From contig JBAZRE010000001.1 in NCBI GenBank assembly GCA_041663025.1, positions 5,912-69,911 of the forward strand: 64,000 nt of DNA, written 5' to 3'. The position numbers and the translations under genes were made by a program. The stretch is from Minisyncoccota bacterium. GTDB taxonomy: Bacteria; Patescibacteriota; Minisyncoccia; Phycocordibacterales; Phycocordibacteraceae. Numbering within the stretch: the first letter of the stretch is position 1; each line of letters opens with the position of its first letter. This document shows, piece after piece, positions 63,121 through 64,000 of this stretch. The notes under the pieces were generated by a model. It saw only the letters and a list, made by a program, of their open reading frames with translations, searched no databases and had not been told where the DNA came from.

Positions 63121-64000
63121 CTATTCGTACCGCAATGCATCAATAGGATTCTTGCGCGCGGCTTGGCGGGCGGGATAGATGCCGAAGGCGATACCAGAGA
63201 TACCTGACACCGCGAGCCCAAGGATGACGGCAGAGATCGGGAAAGCAAATACCCAGCCGATAGAAAAGAAGTTGGACAAGACAAAAGACACAAGGCCAAC
63301 AACCCCAGCACCGAGGGCAATGCCGATAACACCACCCGCGAAGGTTAGCAGCACCGACTCGATAAGAAATTGTTGCAAGATATCGTTATCCGTCGCGCCG
63401 ACCGCCTTGCGAAGGCCTATCTCGCGAGTGCGTTCAGTAACAGAGACTAGCATGATGTTCATGATTCCGATGCCGCCAACGATAAGTGATATAGAAGCAA
63501 TCGCGGCTAAGAATATGGTGAGAATCGACATGATATTACCTAGAGTATTAAGCGTCTCGTCCATAGATGTAACCATGAAGTCGTCTTTCGTCGGATCCGT
63601 AATCTGGTGGGATGTTCTTAAAATAGAGATAATCCTTGTCTTGACGAACGCTGTGTCGTACGTTGGATCAATCTGGATGTTCAGCTCTTGATAATAATCA
63701 ATACCGCGAATTTGCTTTTGTCCAACAGAAATCGGAATCAGTGCATACCCGTCCATACTAAACATTCCGGAACCCTTCGGTTCTAGAACTCCAATAACAC
63801 GGAAAGTAATGTCTTCGAAACGAACAGTCTTCCCGACAGGTTCAATGTTATACCCGAACAGGTCTTCTGCTAACTTCGAACCAAGGACGACAACGTGTTT
63901 GTATGCAGTCTCATCTGCACTGGTGAACCCATACCCACTGGAGAAATTAAGGTTTGTCATCCTGAATATGTTTGCTGTCGTCGCAATCCAAAGAGTCGAC
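63121..64000 (-). CDS. ABC transporter permease (FtsX/MacB-like), partial; N-terminus beyond the window end
   Basis: The C-terminal four-TM FtsX-like domain ends …ARKNPIDALRYE. The ORF is open at the window edge. Confidence 0.75.
   Translation of the reverse strand, partial: STLWIATTANIFRMTNLNFSSGYGFTSADETAYKHVVVLGSKLAEDLFGYNIEPVGKTVRFEDITFRVIGVLEPKGSGMFSMDGYALIPISVGQKQIRGIDYYQELNIQIDPTYDTAFVKTRIISILRTSHQITDPTKDDFMVTSMDETLNTLGNIMSILTIFLAAIASISLIVGGIGIMNIMLVSVTERTREIGLRKAVGATDNDILQQFLIESVLLTFAGGVIGIALGAGVVGLVSFVLSNFFSIGWVFAFPISAVILGLAVSGISGIAFGIYPARQAARKNPIDALRYE

Noticed and set aside
1-64000. A CRISPR array or cas operon to go with the Cas2-like proteins.
   Set aside because: No direct-repeat/spacer array of any length was found on either strand and there is no cas1-like ORF. 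The Cas2-like genes are solitary and dispersed, so they are not annotated as CRISPR-associated.

Overview
This 64 kb window reads like a reduced, CPR/Patescibacteria-like bacterial chromosome segment. That placement is an inference from gene content: compact core genes, little biosynthesis, arrays of small membrane proteins and several hypothetical genes. Most of the window is housekeeping. Identified protein genes include gyrA, rpsA, pth, lepB, a divergent hisS-like gene, rpsU, ybeY, ftsA, ftsZ, trxB, GT2 and GT4 glycosyltransferases, a DedA protein, an RlmB/SpoU methyltransferase, a DHH phosphoesterase, tsaD, valS, a PrsW-like protease, Hsp20, an NrdH-like redoxin, lepA, murJ, a class II-like ribonucleotide reductase, glutamate dehydrogenase, htpX, a GGDEF protein, lemA, malic enzyme, recG, ftsH, smpB, pyrF, pyrE, typA, an SDR, an NRAMP transporter and a partial ABC permease. 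RNA genes visible by eye are seven tRNAs, RNase P RNA (rnpB, with an extended -10 promoter) and tmRNA (ssrA) directly downstream of smpB. Five features stand out. (1) Three dispersed 193-aa paralogs combine an N-terminal basic region and a TM helix, a winged-helix-like middle, and a C-terminal Cas2-like nuclease motif. Each copy is bracketed by its own 25-45 bp direct repeats with palindromic cores. No cas1 and no CRISPR array are present. (2) A tandem array of six VirB2/TrbC-like two-helix pilin-like paralogs opens the window. One is fused to a roughly 300-aa Cys/Gly/Ser/Thr-rich extension, and the array is followed by a substrate-binding protein and a methyltransferase. (3) There are two families of REP-like hairpins, each associated with an IS200-like Y1 (RAYT-type) transposase gene. 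(4) Short palindromic elements sit in frame inside tsaD, recG, valS and one RAYT gene, resembling Rickettsia RPE-type insertions. (5) A roughly 300 bp small-gene insertion at the 3' end of gdh carries a roughly 35 bp duplication of the gdh C-terminal coding sequence. All calls rest on reading the translated ORFs and the DNA by eye; no database searches were run.
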